This document shows, piece after piece, positions 23,335-37,870 of a stretch of DNA of 64,000 bases. Location of the stretch: assembly GCA_050084985.1 (NCBI GenBank), contig JBITNC010000001.1:17360001-17424000 (forward strand), written 5' to 3'. Made by a program: the position numbers and the translations under genes. Each line of letters starts with the position of its first letter. Position 1 is the first letter of the stretch. The notes under the pieces were generated by a model. That model saw nothing but the letters and a program-made list of their open reading frames with translations. It had not been told where the DNA came from and searched no databases. Source of the DNA: Nageia nagi (lineage: Eukaryota; Plantae; Pinophyta).

Positions 23335-26176
23335 TGTCATCATAGAATTCCTACACATACAAGATTATGAGTTCACCTAACTAAAAGCTCCAAGAACTCT
23401 ATGGTGAAATCAAGCTTATGATGTGAGTTAATCATGCTAGGGAATATAGAAATAATCCTTTTTATTTGGATAAATATTTTTGATATGATTTTTTCTATGA
23501 TCCTGACCCTATAAAATAAAATGTTAGAAGGAGGAACCTCAACCTTGAGTCTGTAAGACCTTAAGGCACACAAGTAGGGAGTTAACCCCAAACTTATGTG
23601 TATGTAGGCCCCCCTTACATCCACTAAAAAGGTGTATATAATATAAATAATATGCCTACATGCAATTATATGCTCATATGGTATGCTAAATGATGTGACA
23701 ATGATAATGCTCTTTTTTACAATAAAGATTACTAAAGATGTTGAAGATAATTATCAAGATAATGTTATATGCTTCTGATATAAGATTATGCTAAATGATA
23801 TGCCAATATAGTCAATAAATTGATCTAAATAATCTTTATGAGTAATGAAAAGTAACCATAAAGCTAAATGACATGAGAAATGATAAAGTATGGGAAATGA
23901 TGTAATGAATATTGATAAAGATTGATAAATTCCTAATTAAACATGAATCTAGCATGATATTAGCCTAAGGATACAACTACATGCATACAAGTGTGCGATA
24001 TAAGAAAATATTATGAAAAGGATATAACTCCTCTCCAAATGCTTTAATATCAACCAATATTGTAACTATGCCTATAAATCACATGGAAATACAAGTAATA
24101 TTACATAAAACATGATAAACTAACACAATTATACCTCAATCCATGATAATATGGGGTGAGATCACAAATTTTAAAGTGATATAATGGTGGGTTTCTCCAA
24201 AACCCTAAGAAAATGCTCAATGTTCATGTCATAATGTTCAATGCTCATAGAATGCTCAAAATTATTTGATAATAATGATTAGCTAACTAACTATCAGATT
24301 GATAAGTCGACTATGATATGCTTTGTTTTGATTATTTTGCTTATGTTTGCTCAATGTTATACTTTTGCTCAAATATTCTCATGATCTAATAAAATATGTA
24401 TTTTTAGGGTTTCTATAATTTCCCCTTTTTGAGTTGAGTGTTTTCATAAGATAAAATTATCATAAAAATAAAATGATATGATTTTGATGATTGCTTATGA
24501 TCATGATAATGCTTTTATTTGATAAATCATAATGATGAATGATGTTTTGTTGACAAAAATGATTTATGATTATAGGCATGCAAACCTACCAAATGTTAAG
24601 GAGCAAAATTAAATGCCCCAAAACACAAATCAATCTAGGATGTCCCATTTTATGGTAATGTGAGATATGATTGTGATTAACTTATTAAAATGTTTAAACT
24701 CTTGATGTGATCATGCTATATTAACTTTGGTTCAATATTATGGAAAATAAAGCAAATAACTATATGAAGTTTTCACCAATTTATGCAAGCAAAGAGGAAA
24801 ATGCCTAAAATAGTAACTTTGCCCTAATTTATATAAAATAAGAAGAGATAATAATTGTATGATCATAATGATAATTATAACTTTTCCCTACTTTATGGAA
24901 AGCAAATAATTATACTCAAAGATGCTACCCTTGCCTTAGTTTATAGAAACAACGAATGATATATGATAATGATAATTACTTAAGCCAATTATTATGATAT
25001 GATATATTGCTAATGTGCTAGAGATGTGTTGTACTAATCTTGATTTGAGATAGTTGATATATTTCCCCTAAAATAATGGTTTGATGGGTGAATAAAGTGA
25101 ATTCAACAAAATATTAATTGACCATTGATAAATAATAAAGATATCATTGATAAATGCTTAAAGATTTTTTATTGATCATGATAATGATATTTATCATGAT
25201 AATTGATATTGATATATGATATTGATACTGATATTGATATTAATTATATATGATATTAATCATGATAAATGCTTAAAGATGTATATTGCATGATGTGATG
25301 ATGATATGATTTGACAAATATATATAACGCATGATATAATGTAGCTTATGTAGTGCTAGGAGATGAGTACCTTGTTCTACCTGAAAGTTTCCACTAATAG
25401 ATAATCACAAAAGAAGTAGGCTTCAATATCAACTCCTAAGATATCAAGATTGATGTATTGATGAATGTGACAAGTCGTAGATGTTTGATTATCAAGATGT
25501 AGGATAATGCTCAACTTGATGCTCAATGATTTGATTTAAAAGACATGAGATAGATAATGATGATGCTGACTTTGACATATTTGGTGATGCTAATTTTGAT
25601 AATGATGTTAAATCATGTCAATGTAGCTTGAGATAATGTTAATAATGATAATATATTAAAGTATGTTATTTTTTTTGTTGGCTCATGTTAATTTATTTGA
25701 TTCATAGAAAAAAAATACTATAAAATCACTATATGAAGATTTTCTAGCCTCATGATAAATTTGGCTTGATAATGTTGATATGGTACCCACTTGATTCACA
25801 TTATGTCTATACAAAGGGTTGATAAGATCATTCAAACATTGATTTGGTGATGTGATTGGAACTCTTGTTTATATCTGCTCATTTTTAATCATATCTTATA
25901 TTACATGTCTCAATTGCATGCACACATTAGTGTTATGTCCTTTTTGCCTATGATAGTTACAAAATTCATTCTCCTTATACCATGGTCTAGTTGAAGCATA
26001 TAGATTGTCCTTGATTTCGTGCAATGTTATCATGTTAGCTTGAAGGAGTCTTTGAAATATATATGATAATAGTTCCACCAAAGTTGAAAATTTTCAAGAT
26101 TGGTTAGGTGATAAAGATTCTTAGTTGTTGAATTTCCCTTATTGTCAATCTTGTGGTAATTCTTGTTTATTATTTC

Positions 26177-29100
26177 TGTTAGGAACCTACAAGTTCTTAA
26201 GTGGGATTCGAATAGAATAATAGTAAATATGAATCAAAGAAATAACTCAATCACACACTCATATGCAATGCTAACTCAAATGTAACAAGATAGTAATATA
26301 TTATTATTATTAAAATTCAAATAAATCATGGGCCACTTTGAGGGGGCTACCTCCTTTACAACTCAAATAATATATTTTTTAAAGATGGTTACTATTGTCT
26401 TCTCCAAAGTATTTATAGTCTGCCTACCCTAACCCTAATTAGTCATTCAATACAAAATGATGATTCACCTTACAAATATGTTAGCCTCTTATATTTAATA
26501 AAAGGCTATAGTCTAATTAATAAACTACTATAGTATAAGTAAATGTTAGGATTTGGGATCCTAACATGCCACCCCTCTTAAGAGATAGCTTTGTCCTTAA
26601 AGCTAAAAATTAGGAAATTATTGTTGTAGCTAGTGTAGAGTCTCTCATGTTGTATCTTTAGGAGCTAATCCATGCCATTGGATAATGAATTTAGTAATAG
26701 TACAGTTGCAGAGTTTGAGTGTGTGTTGGTCTAGGATAGCCTCTTGTTCAATGATGATGGATCCTTCCTCAATGAATTCTAGTAATTCAGTTTGGATTGT
26801 GATTTGGGAGCAAAGTACTTATTTAAGGCATAAGATATGGAAAATAGGATGGATTTTGGATGATGTTGGAAGTGCCAACTTGTATATTGTATGGGGATAA
26901 GTGCAACAAGATGAGTCCCACTTTTGGCCAAAAAGTGGGAGTGTCCTTGATTTTTAGGTTTTCTCATACTTGATCTCAAAATTTGAAGTACTTAGAGTTC
27001 GATTCATGAAAAGATCACATGGATAAAAATGTATTTCTTGAAGTCTAGTTTTCAAATATTAAATTTATTCTAATACCTAGATGATAGAAATTAATATTTG
27101 GTAGGCATGTTTAAAATCTATTGTTTAAAAAATACAATTTCAGGACCATACCCTCATTGTGTTCGGCAAGCATAATTGAACCTAAATTAAAAATATTTTA
27201 AAATCCTTTTGGGTAAAGATACTAAAGATTGTGAATGATGTTTTTTTTGTAATTTTTTCATAAATTTTTTATTTTTTATTAGTTTTTTTATTGACCATGA
27301 TTATCATTTCAAAATTGCTCATGTCCGACAAGCATAATTTGACCTAAACTTATCATTTTTAATTATTTTTATATCTTATGATGAATTGTACGTAGATTAT
27401 GCACATATATTATTTTTTTCATAATTATAAAAAAATAAAAAGTTATTAAACAAATACAAAACCCATTGTTTAAAGAATACAATTTTAGGACCATACCCAT
27501 CATTTCCGTTAAGCATAATTGGACCTAAATTAAAATATTTTTTTAAATCCTTTTGGTTAAAGATACCTAAGATGCTAAAGATTGTGGAGGATATTTTTTT
27601 GTATTATTTTCATGAATATTTTATTTTTTATTAATTTTTTTATTGGACATGATTATCATTTCAAAAAATTTCATGTTTGACAAGCATAATTTGAATAAAA
27701 CTTATCATTTTTAATTTATTTTTTATTTAACTTGTGAAGAATTATATGCAAATTTTGTACATGTATATTTTTTTCATAATTTTAAAAAACTAAAAAGTTG
27801 TTAAACAAATTAAAAAAACTAGCAGTTCATTATACTTCCTCCAGAGTGGGACTTATCTTTTACACTTACCCAGGGTTGATACGTCATAAAATTATGGGGC
27901 CATTTTTTGGGGACCTTTCAGTTTGAGAGATGTTTATCAATATGGTTGAAGTCTCAAGAAAATTATGTCACCTTCCTGGAACTATCACTCGACCCATTAT
28001 TTGTTATTTCATTTGATGTTGAGCCATTTGAAGATTTTTCCAAAGGATGCAAATTATCTCTCCTTGATCTGATAAGGTGGTGTTTACTACTTGGACATTG
28101 GTGCTTCCTAGGATATAAGAGGTGATTGTGGGTAGAGATTGACCATACAAGGCTTCATATGGAGTCATCTTGATGGATGTATGACATGAAGTGTTATACC
28201 ACCATTCTACTAAGGGAAGCCATTTTACCCAATGTACCAGTTGGGTGGATGAAAAGCAATAAAGATATATTTTCAAGCATTTATTAACAATCTCTATGTA
28301 ACCATCTATTTGAGAGTGATAGTCTAAGCTCATATTAAGTTTAGTGCCCTAAATTTTGAAGAACTCATACCAAAACTTACTGGTGAATGTTGGGTCATGG
28401 TCACTAACAATATTGGATGGCATACCATGAAGTTTAAAAATATTATCAAGAAAAAGTGGTGCAACATTTATAGCTTTGTAAGGATGTGCCAAGGGGAAAA
28501 AATATGCATATATGCAGATTTGATCCACCACTACCATGATAACAACTTTGCCATAGAATTTTGAAAGGCCTTCAATAAAATTCATTGAGATATCCATCCA
28601 ATAGCACTTAGGTATGAGTAGAGGCTGAAGTAATCATGGGGTTCCCACTACCTCACCTTTGTGTTATTGGAAAATATCACATTCTGATAAAAATTTCTTG
28701 ATATCTTATTTTATACCTAGCCAATAAAAGGAGTGAAACACTTATCGATAGATTTTCAAAAACCTAGAATGATCAGTTGTGGGTGTTAAATGTAATTCTT
28801 GAAGTATATTTTCTTGACATGAAGAGTTTATTAGCAAAGCAATACAATCTTTAAAACATATAATTCCATCATGCTAGGAGAAAGGGGGTCTACTTGTTGG
28901 ATTGGTTTCCAACTATTGGATTATTGTTTGTGTAATGCTATCCTAAATCCATTCTTGTTTGACCTGGTTAAGCCATTAAGGAACTAGGGAAGAAAGAGCC
29001 TAAAGCACCATGGGTTTATTGAATTTTTGAGAAAGAGCATCAACAACCACATTTTTAGTTCCTTTTTTATACTTAATCCCGTAGTCATAACCCAAACGTT

Positions 29101-32100
29101 TAGGAGTCCACTTTTATTATTCAGGGGTGGAGATGCATTGTTCCAAGAATTATTTCAAACTATGATGGTCTATTTTGATGATAAAATGATGATCAATGAG
29201 GTAGGGCCTCCAATGCTATAGAGTATGGATGATTGCAAGAATTTCTTTTTCATAAGTTGATTTGGCCAAATTTTAATTGAGAGTGCCTTACTTGTGAAGG
29301 CCAAGGGTTGCCCTTTTTACATCAATATGGCTCCAAGTTCTACTTCAGAGGCATCACTTTAATTGATGAAGGTTTTTGAGAAATCTAGCATAGTCAATAC
29401 TAGGGTCAAGCACATAATAGCCTTTAGTTGCTGAAAGACTTCATCTAAGCTGTGAGAGGAGCTATAATCTTTCCATAATCTTTCATAAATTTATGTGTAA
29501 TAGTATGTCAATACAAGGAAACCATGCAGGCCTATCAAGGATTTGCGTAGGGGCCATGTTTGCATATCCTCAATATTCAGTGGGTCCACCTTAATACTTT
29601 CCTCTAAAATAATATGTCCAAGGTACTTGAGCTCCTAATGACCAAAAGAATATTTAGAATATTTAGCATACAATTTGTTCTCTTGGAGAAGTTGTGATGT
29701 TTGATCTAAGTGGGCCAAGTGATCCTTCTAGGTTTTATTGTAGATTAAAATATCATTAAAGAAAACTAAAATGAATTTTTTAAGAAAAGGGTGAAATACC
29801 TAGTTCACCAAACTTTGAAATGTAGAAGGCACATTGGTAATACCGAACAACATCACTAAGAACTCATAATGGCCTTCAATTTTGGGAATATCTTCTTCAC
29901 ACAGTCGAATTTGATGGTACCCTAACTGAAGGTCTAGTTTGGAGAAATATTTTGCACCATGTAATTCATCTAGAAATTCATCGATGATAAGGATGGGAAA
30001 CTTGTCCTTGATGGTGATTTTATTCAAAGCTTGAAATTCAATGCACATTCGTCATGATCCATCTTTCTTATGAACTAATAGAACTAAATATGAGTAAGGA
30101 ATCATGTTGGGATGAATCATGTCAGCTTGTAACATTTCATCAATAAGCTTTTCTATTTCATCCTTCTATAAGCAAGGATAATGGTAAGGCTAAATGTTGG
30201 ATGGTTGACTTCCTAGGATTAATTCAATTGCATGGTCATGAGGGCGATGGGGAGGCAATCCATAGGGTTTCTCAAAGACACTTGCATGATGAGTGAGCAC
30301 TTGCTATAATTCTTATACTTTTGATAATTATTGCATGGTTGGTTGACTAGAAAAGAGTTTTCCTATCACTCCTCTATTGTCTTTCTTTAATAATATTTTC
30401 ATGTGATGAGAACTAATAATTTGGGACTGGCCTACCTTAAGTCCTTTGAGAGTGTATTTGTAGTCATCAACCTTGAATTTCATCCACAACTCACAAAATT
30501 CCCAAATAATGGGGTCTAATTTCATCAATAATTGTATACCAAGGACCATATCACACCCACCTAATGGGAGAACATACATGTCACCTTACATCTTATAGTT
30601 ACCCATACTGAGCATGATATTATAACACCAACCTTTACAAGCAATTTTGCCTCCATTCTTGATCATGACCTCAAAATTATTTTATGGGTAGATGTAAGAG
30701 TGGGTCTTTTTGGTCACATCCAGATCTACAAAATTATGAATGCTTCCCAAGTCCAATAATATTATCAACATTTGGCCTTTAAAATATCCCTTAACTTTCA
30801 TCATTTATAGAGAGTTAAACCCATAGAATACATATTAGGAAATTTCAAGAATAAATCCATCAATTTGGGCTATATCCTCTTCCATATCTACCATGATATC
30901 CTTAAAATCCTCATTGAATGAATCCTCAAGAGTTTCTACATCCAATACATATAGTTTTTGGGTAGCACAATGATGACCTAGTGCAAATTTTTCATTACAA
31001 TTAAATAGAGCCCTTTCTTCTTCCATTCCTCCATCTCAGAAGGGGTTATTCTCTTAACTGGTAGGGAGTGCACCGACTTCAAACCACCTTGAGAAGGTTA
31101 TGATTTCTAAGTGGAGGCCTTGGTGTGTTTACATTGTGCATTGAATTTATCTTCCACCAACTTAGTGAGCCCTATTGCTGCTATCATATTGTTTAGGTTG
31201 AAAATTTTGAATTTTGATTGAATCTCCTCCTTTAATCCACTAATGAAACAACTTCTATTCAATTCTATTTGATATTCTTTAATGATGGTTATTTGGCACA
31301 ATTTGGTGAGCCCACCAGTGAAATCTTCAAAAGAACTAGAGCCAAATTGAACAAGTAGGTTTTAGATAAATTCCCCCCAAGATGGCATTCTATTTTCCTT
31401 TTCAACATTGGATAGCTTTGCACTCTAGATGAACTGAGGTGAGATTGACTTTTTAATCTAGAAGAATCTAATTTAGAGAAAAATATTGCTCAACCTAATA
31501 CACCCAATTGGTGGGATCATCACCATCGAATCTTGGAAAGTCTAATTTAGTTATCCTTGGAAGGATAAAAGTTTGGTTTGATCCTTGGGAATGCTTGAAA
31601 CCTTTCCCAGTGTATAGTTTGGATTTATTCAATCCACCTACAGATGCATGTTCAAGAGTGTGAACCTTTTGGTCCAAATTAACAATAGTAGTGATTGCTT
31701 GCATGGCTTGGCTCATCTCCTTTAGAGTTAGGGAATGGGTTTTTTGCCTAGTAATGATTGAATGTAGTCCACTCACTAAGATAATTTTTCCATATCCTAT
31801 GATCTTTGACCATCTACCATCTTGTTATTTCAAGAACTGTTATTTTTAGAAACTAAAAAAGTGTATGGGTGCTATATGTCAAAACAATTAGCACAAAAAT
31901 TAATCATAATGGGATAGGTCCCAAAATGATGATTTTCAAAATTTTATACTCTTTTTTTCAAAAACATTATTACCAAAGGTAACAAACTAGCCTTGTCAGA
32001 AATGTCCAATTCTCCACTATTTGAGAGATAATGGCCTTCAAAGTTTTTACTAGTTTTGGAAGTTACTATTTTAGGTAAGGAAAAGTAGGGTTTATGAAGG

Positions 32101-32782
32101 AAAATTTATGTTTTCAAAAATGGTGATAGTTTACAATATGAAGGTCGATGCATAGTGAATTTATGGAGGGTAGAAGGGTGCAATAGATAAGATGTGAATT
32201 GGAATAGGGTATGAGAAAAATTTTAGTAGAGTTTTGGCTATGATATGGATAAAATGTATGGTTCCAACTCGATGCAACTTGGTGTTCTAAGAAAATTTCA
32301 ATAGAGTTTTGAGTATGCAATGGATAAAATGTAGGGTTCCAACTCAATTCAATCTTCCCATAAGTGCCAAAATTAGAGTTTTGATACTGGATTTTAGGAA
32401 CCTGCAAGTTCCTAAGCGAGATTCAAACAAAATAATAATAAATACAAACTAAAGAAATAACTCAATTACACACTCATAAGAAATGTGAACTCAAATGTAA
32501 CAAGATAGCAATAGATTGGTATTACTAAAAGCCAGAATTAATCATGGGCCACTTCAAGGGGGCTACCTCCTTTACAACTCAAATAATATATTTTTCAAGA
32601 TGGTTACTATTATCTTCTCCAAAAGTATTTATAGTTCGCCTACCCTAACCCTAATTAGCCATTCAATACAAAATGGTGGTTAATATTATAAATATGTTGT
32701 CCTTTTATATTTAATAAAAGCCTATAGTCTAATTAATAAACTATTATAGTCTAAGTAAATGTTAGGATGTGGGATCCTAACA
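26177..32782 (-). mobile_element. Complete decayed chromovirus Ty3/gypsy element (Reina-like)
   Basis: About 390-bp LTRs at 26177-26566 and 32392-32782; TSD ATTTC/GTTTC; PPT at 26567-26580; decayed tRNA-Met PBS at 32378-32389. gag KLDFPRFDGDDP, protease [36 protein letters not shown], integrase DISMNFIEGL, chromodomain at about 26600-26760. Confidence 0.93.
26893..27871. mobile_element. Non-autonomous TIR DNA transposon inserted in the chromovirus integrase C-terminus
   Basis: Imperfect TIRs of about 32 bp (GGGGATAAGTGCAACAAGATGAGTCCCACTTTTGG / CCAGAGTGGGACTTATCTTTTACACTTACCC). AT-rich interior with a 345-bp tandem duplication. Splits KMAP.FY from YKLALP. Confidence 0.75.
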
Positions 32783-34545
32783 GTTTCTTGATTGTGCTTT
32801 TTTGTATTACTATTATGATAGGTTGTACTTGATTAACATTAAGTGATACTTTTTTTATTGTAGCTTTTGATAATATGTTGCATTTTTATCGTTACAACCA
32901 TTGTTATGATGCTTTTGATTTTTCTCTTTCTTTCTCAATTTGATTTAACCTTATTGAAGCTTAACTTCCTCGATTATTTTAGCTTATGATAAGGCTTCCT
33001 TAAATGATTTATAGTTTTGTATTTGTGAGATTGATGAAATATGACTATTATAACTTTTTCTAAACATCTTAATAACCTCATCTTGCGGAAAAGTGTAAGG
33101 TAAGTACATGGTTAATGCTCTCCATCTGGATACATAGTCATTGATTGATTTATTATCACATTGTGATAAATTACTCAAATCTATAATAGATGTTCTTTTT
33201 ATGATGTTGATTACAAAATGATCTAAGAATTGATTTTCCAATTGCTCAAAAGAATATATGTTATGTTGAGACAAATTATTGTGCCAATATAATTATTTCC
33301 CCATAAGAGTCAATGTAAATATTCTAAGCATTTAATACATTATCATTACTTATATGGTAACATGAGTACTTGAATTGTCTCAAATTCTCTCTTGGATCTT
33401 CCTTGTCTTTAAATTTTTCCATGTGTGGCACTTCAAATGTATAAGAAAATGACTTGATTAGAACCATAAGGTTGATTGCTTTGTTGCATATTTACCTTGA
33501 TTATTGACTTTGAATTTCATGTATTGTATCCTATTAAGAATTTCATCATTCAAGGTTGAAAATTATTGAATTAAGATATTTTCCTTTGGGAGAGTTTTGA
33601 TATAGATATTCCTTTTGATTCATATAATTTCCCCATTTATTATATTAATGAATCAATATTGGAAAATTAACCCTCAGATAAGAAGGAAGGATTTTAATTA
33701 AGTATTTTTTCTTTTGTTGCATATATATGCAAAAGTGACCCCTACCAACCTATTAATTTATAAGTAGGCATCCTTACTCAAAAAAACTATGAGAGGTTGC
33801 AAATAATAATAGTAAAATGGAGTTTTTCCATTCCAACCCCTATTTCCCCAATGGTTGATTCAAAACTTGATTTGGGATAAAAATGCTTTGTGAGATATAA
33901 GATTGATTATGTTGTTGAGCCATTTGATTGATCCACCCTTGACTTTGATTTTGATATGATGATTGATTAAGATTTTGATTTGAAGCTTGATTTTGATAAT
34001 ATTGGTTGTACCTTTTATTGGGATGAGGTATATTGATTTTAACTTGGTTGAAATGCTTGATGAAATGACTGATCTTGATATCAATTTTGATTAACATTTT
34101 AATAACTTTAGCTTGCTTGATGTATGATTCCATGAGGATTTATTTGGTGAAAGTTACTTTCTAGGTGTTGTTGGTTTGTTTAATAAGAAGGATTAGTTTG
34201 ATCAATAAAATCATATTATTTTTTTTATATTGATCTTGATTAAAAATCCTCAAGAGATTGAGAATTGGATGTGCCCTTATACCTTGTGAAACACTTTTAT
34301 TTTATTTGATCATATGATTTGATTGTACAACATATTGACTTGGAGCACTAGAGAGTAGAGTATCTTAATTTTGATGATAAGATGGTGATCCAATATTGAT
34401 GATAAGTTGGTGTACATATTATACTTATTGATAAATATTTACTTATGATAATGATGTTATTAGGGGCTCATATGGTGACAAATGATGTATTAGTTGAGAT
34501 GGAGATTGATGATGAGTTACAACAATTGCTAATGTTGACACAAAA

Positions 34546-35630
34546 TACATTAAGGTTTTGTTCCATATTTTGTATACATATCTATCATGGAATTAAAAAT
34601 CATAATATTTGATTTACAAGCACCAAGTAGATACATACACACATCCAATTCAAGTTTTATAGTTATTTTGATAATGAAGTTCAAAGCTCCCTCAAGATAG
34701 CCTGCAAGGTCAAGAAGGCAAATAATACATGTATAATGATTCATCCCAAGAATAATGCAATAAGAATCCCTCATGTTGTAAGGGTTTATTCTGCATTTTT
34801 CATACATGTTTATCAAGGCATACAAAACCACAACATTCAATTTACAATCACCAATTAGACACATCAAAACACCCAATTAAAAGCAAGAGGAAAGTATAGT
34901 TAAGAGTTGCTCTACTTTCCAAAGTACCAAATTACTTCTAAGTCCTTCTCTAACATATATTATTTATTGAGTATTTTTATTTCTTGCAAGTATAAAATGA
35001 TAAAGGTAAGAGAAAAGTATAATTAAGAGTTGATCTACTTTCTTTGTACCAAAGTACCAAATTTCTTGTAAACCCTTATCTAACATATATTATTTATTGA
35101 GTATTTTTATTTCTTGCAATTATTTCTCATTTTATCTTTATGTTTCTTGCTCCTCCTTCTCAAGTTATTCTCACTATATCTATACAAGATTATTAAAAAT
35201 TATGATGTATGTCTCTGTTGTATTTTATCAATCAAATATTATGGTTTTCAAAGCTTCCTCAAGCTATCCTACATGACCAAGAAGTTCACCAATGCATGTA
35301 TCCTTTTATCAAATTCAATACAACTATATTAAGAGCATCCTCATTGTATCCATCAACAACATTATCTATTTGTACAGAATTTATTAATAACACTTTTTGA
35401 AAAAATGAAATGGAACATGGTTTCTTATCTACCTAAAATCATGCACCATATCATTGTTGCATTAATCTTTAGATCTTGCACAAATTTTCATTACCAATAA
35501 TCTCCACAAGAATATTCTCCATGTTTGAAACACATTTTCCCACATTAGCATGAATAGTTGAAAGTTGAACATAAGATGCAACATATTTAGTGCATATCCT
35601 ATTATCATTGTAATCTGTTAAATTGTGTTG
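34546..35630 (-). pseudogene. Scrambled PLS-class PPR gene fragments
   Basis: ALINMYEKC, HYTCIICLLDLAGYLEGALNFIIK, LLGAC, NSMIDMYTKYG, TCIGELLGHVG*LEEAL and E-motif-like ASYVQLSTIHANVGK appear out of normal order. Includes a ~105-bp duplication (34885-34989 / 35008-35119). Confidence 0.8.
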
Positions 35631-37204
35631 CATCATGCTAGAGTATTTTTAGAAAACCCATTTTGTATATATCCTATGATCATTATGGTCCGTGAAACTA
35701 TGTTTGCATCAAGCATCTTATCAAAAAATTCTCAATCCTTGTGTATTTAAATTGATCTTTGTAATATTTGACATCTTGTCAAATATAAGTATTATACTTG
35801 GAATATATCTTGCTATCAATTAGTAGTAGTGAAATATACTTATTTAGAAGATATAAAAAAGGATTATCATAATTTTAAAGGTGTAGGTATCAAAAAAAAA
35901 ACTAAATAAATACACCATTAATCTCCAAAAAAAGAGCAAAAGAGACACCACCAAAAATACCATCAGTGATCAATAACATAGTGGTTGAAGGCAAGGTGAT
36001 GAATACTAGTGCTAAATACTCTAAAGCTTACTCTAAAGTTAGTGTGCTTATCACCCATGTAGAGGAAACAATCTCATTTAGAAGGAACAATAAGATGGCC
36101 ACAATAACAAGACCTCCTTTTTCAATGTTGTCATCCTCCTTACAAGAAGTTTTAGAAGCTCCTCTTCTTCCATAGTTGATTTTTTAGATTTTATATGAGA
36201 TTTTTTTTAGATTTTAAATATAATTGAAACATACTTGCAAGGTATAGTTTTGATGCAATATAATTATATATATAACACACTTTTGATATGTGACATACTT
36301 GGATATGTATAATTGAATCAAACTTATGGTTGTCATAATGGCTCTTGTTTAACCTTAATTTTCATATCATATCATATGTTCGTATATTTTCATGTTTATC
36401 ATTGATTTTTATATCATATCATATGTTGTATACTTTCATGATATAGTTCAAGACTCTTTTATATGGTTCAAGACATTATATGGTGCAATTACATTACTTG
36501 AAAGCATACACTATGTCATTATGCTCATCAAAAAATTACAAGGGATTTATGTATGCAATATTTGGCCAAATTCCCTAGTTCTTGGAATTTAAAGTAGTTT
36601 TCTAACTTTGAAGTATTTTCTAGAATTTTATGATAATAAAATTTGAAAAATTCTTTAAATGCCAATATCCAAGCATTGGGCCAAAAACTGCATCTAAGAG
36701 GATTAGATTGAGGTAGTTTTTTAATGGAAGCCTAATTATTATACTTCATGTGGTTTCAACGATACTTAGATGATCTCATATCATTTTTTCATATCATATA
36801 GTATATTATATCATTTCATATCATATGGTATAGTTGCATCATTTCATAACATAAGGTGGATGAGTCTAACTTATCACTTTTGGATTGATTTTTGACAATT
36901 ATAAAAGTATGGATTGCATGGTTATTTTTCTTCTCCAAGCTAGCTTTTGCAACCCATTTTGAAACATATTTTGGGATCCTTTTTCTACAAGCATATGACT
37001 TATAGAAAGTTGTTATGTTAAATTCCAAATTGTGATAACAAGAACCTCCTTTAGTTCAATGGTGGTCTAATTATACAAGCATGAAAAAGATAGTTTGTGA
37101 CTTTTTGATAGGTTTCTTACAATAATCATTAGCTTTTGGGCATTTATTGATACATAATTTGGTACCCTTTTTGTACCAAACTACATTTCACATAACCCTA
37201 TTTA

Positions 37205-37870
37205 TGTTGATTCTAGAGCTTGATTTAGGCTTGATCTTTGTATTTCTCTAAATCTGGTCTCAACTAGTGTATCGATCAGTAGTTCAGTAAATCGATTAGT
37301 AGTCAATCTACATAATGGTTAGGTAGTGAGTGGTATTGGAAGTGTTACTAAGTAATATGGCCTATCACATTTAGTTTACATTAAGTATCCAATTTGATAT
37401 ATGTTGATTAGGAAACAAAGAGCATTAAACTCCATTTTGGATAGTCAAAATCATATTCAATCCAACCTTTATTACAAAGTTGTGGTTTACATACAATGTG
37501 GAAAGTTACTCCATGGACTCCTTGACTACTTTTGGGGTCAAGATGAATCGGTAGCCCTCCTATAAATAGAGGTGTTTGGACTGAGATCTTGTATGTAATT
37601 TTGAGCTTATTGTAGTATTGATTTTATATGTTCATGTTTGAGAGTTTTTGACAAAGATTTATAGAGAGGTTTTGTTGTACTCCAAAGTAAAGGTTGTAGC
37701 AAGGATATTCTAGACCCAAAATAATGTGATTAATTATTTATGGGTGTTAATTAATGCATTATTGGTCTACTTTGTTTTCATTGACATATATTTGAAATAT
37801 GATAATGATGTTTAACTATCATACATGTTCATTTTATTCCAATCGCATATTCAATTAATTATGGACAACA
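37205..37870 (+). mobile_element. Possible solo LTR remnant
   Basis: TGTTGA...CAACA with an LTR-type TATA (cctATAAATAgagg, about 37560). No TSD match. Confidence 0.3.

Larger units (their letters stand above)
23335..34540 (-). mobile_element. Gag-only Ogre/Tat-like LTR element E (5'-truncated), interrupted by a chromovirus
   Basis: Retrotrans_gag-like SFEQLENQFLDHF...LSQ..NKSINDYVSRWR (32984-33274) and knuckle FCNYHRQKGHNTNVC (25896-26081) lie either side of the nested element. PPT AAAAAGGGGAAA (24419-24430) sits next to a putative LTR at 23335-24417. No pol between gag and PPT. Confidence 0.7.

Noticed and set aside
32215-32360. 75-bp tandem duplication and ORF 32114-32407
   Set aside because: Ordinary repeat in the chromovirus 5' UTR; the ORF overlaps the LTR and PBS and has no motif.
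35966-37028. Short ORFs and ATCAT-rich repeats
   Set aside because: Low-complexity AT-rich DNA with no supportable product.
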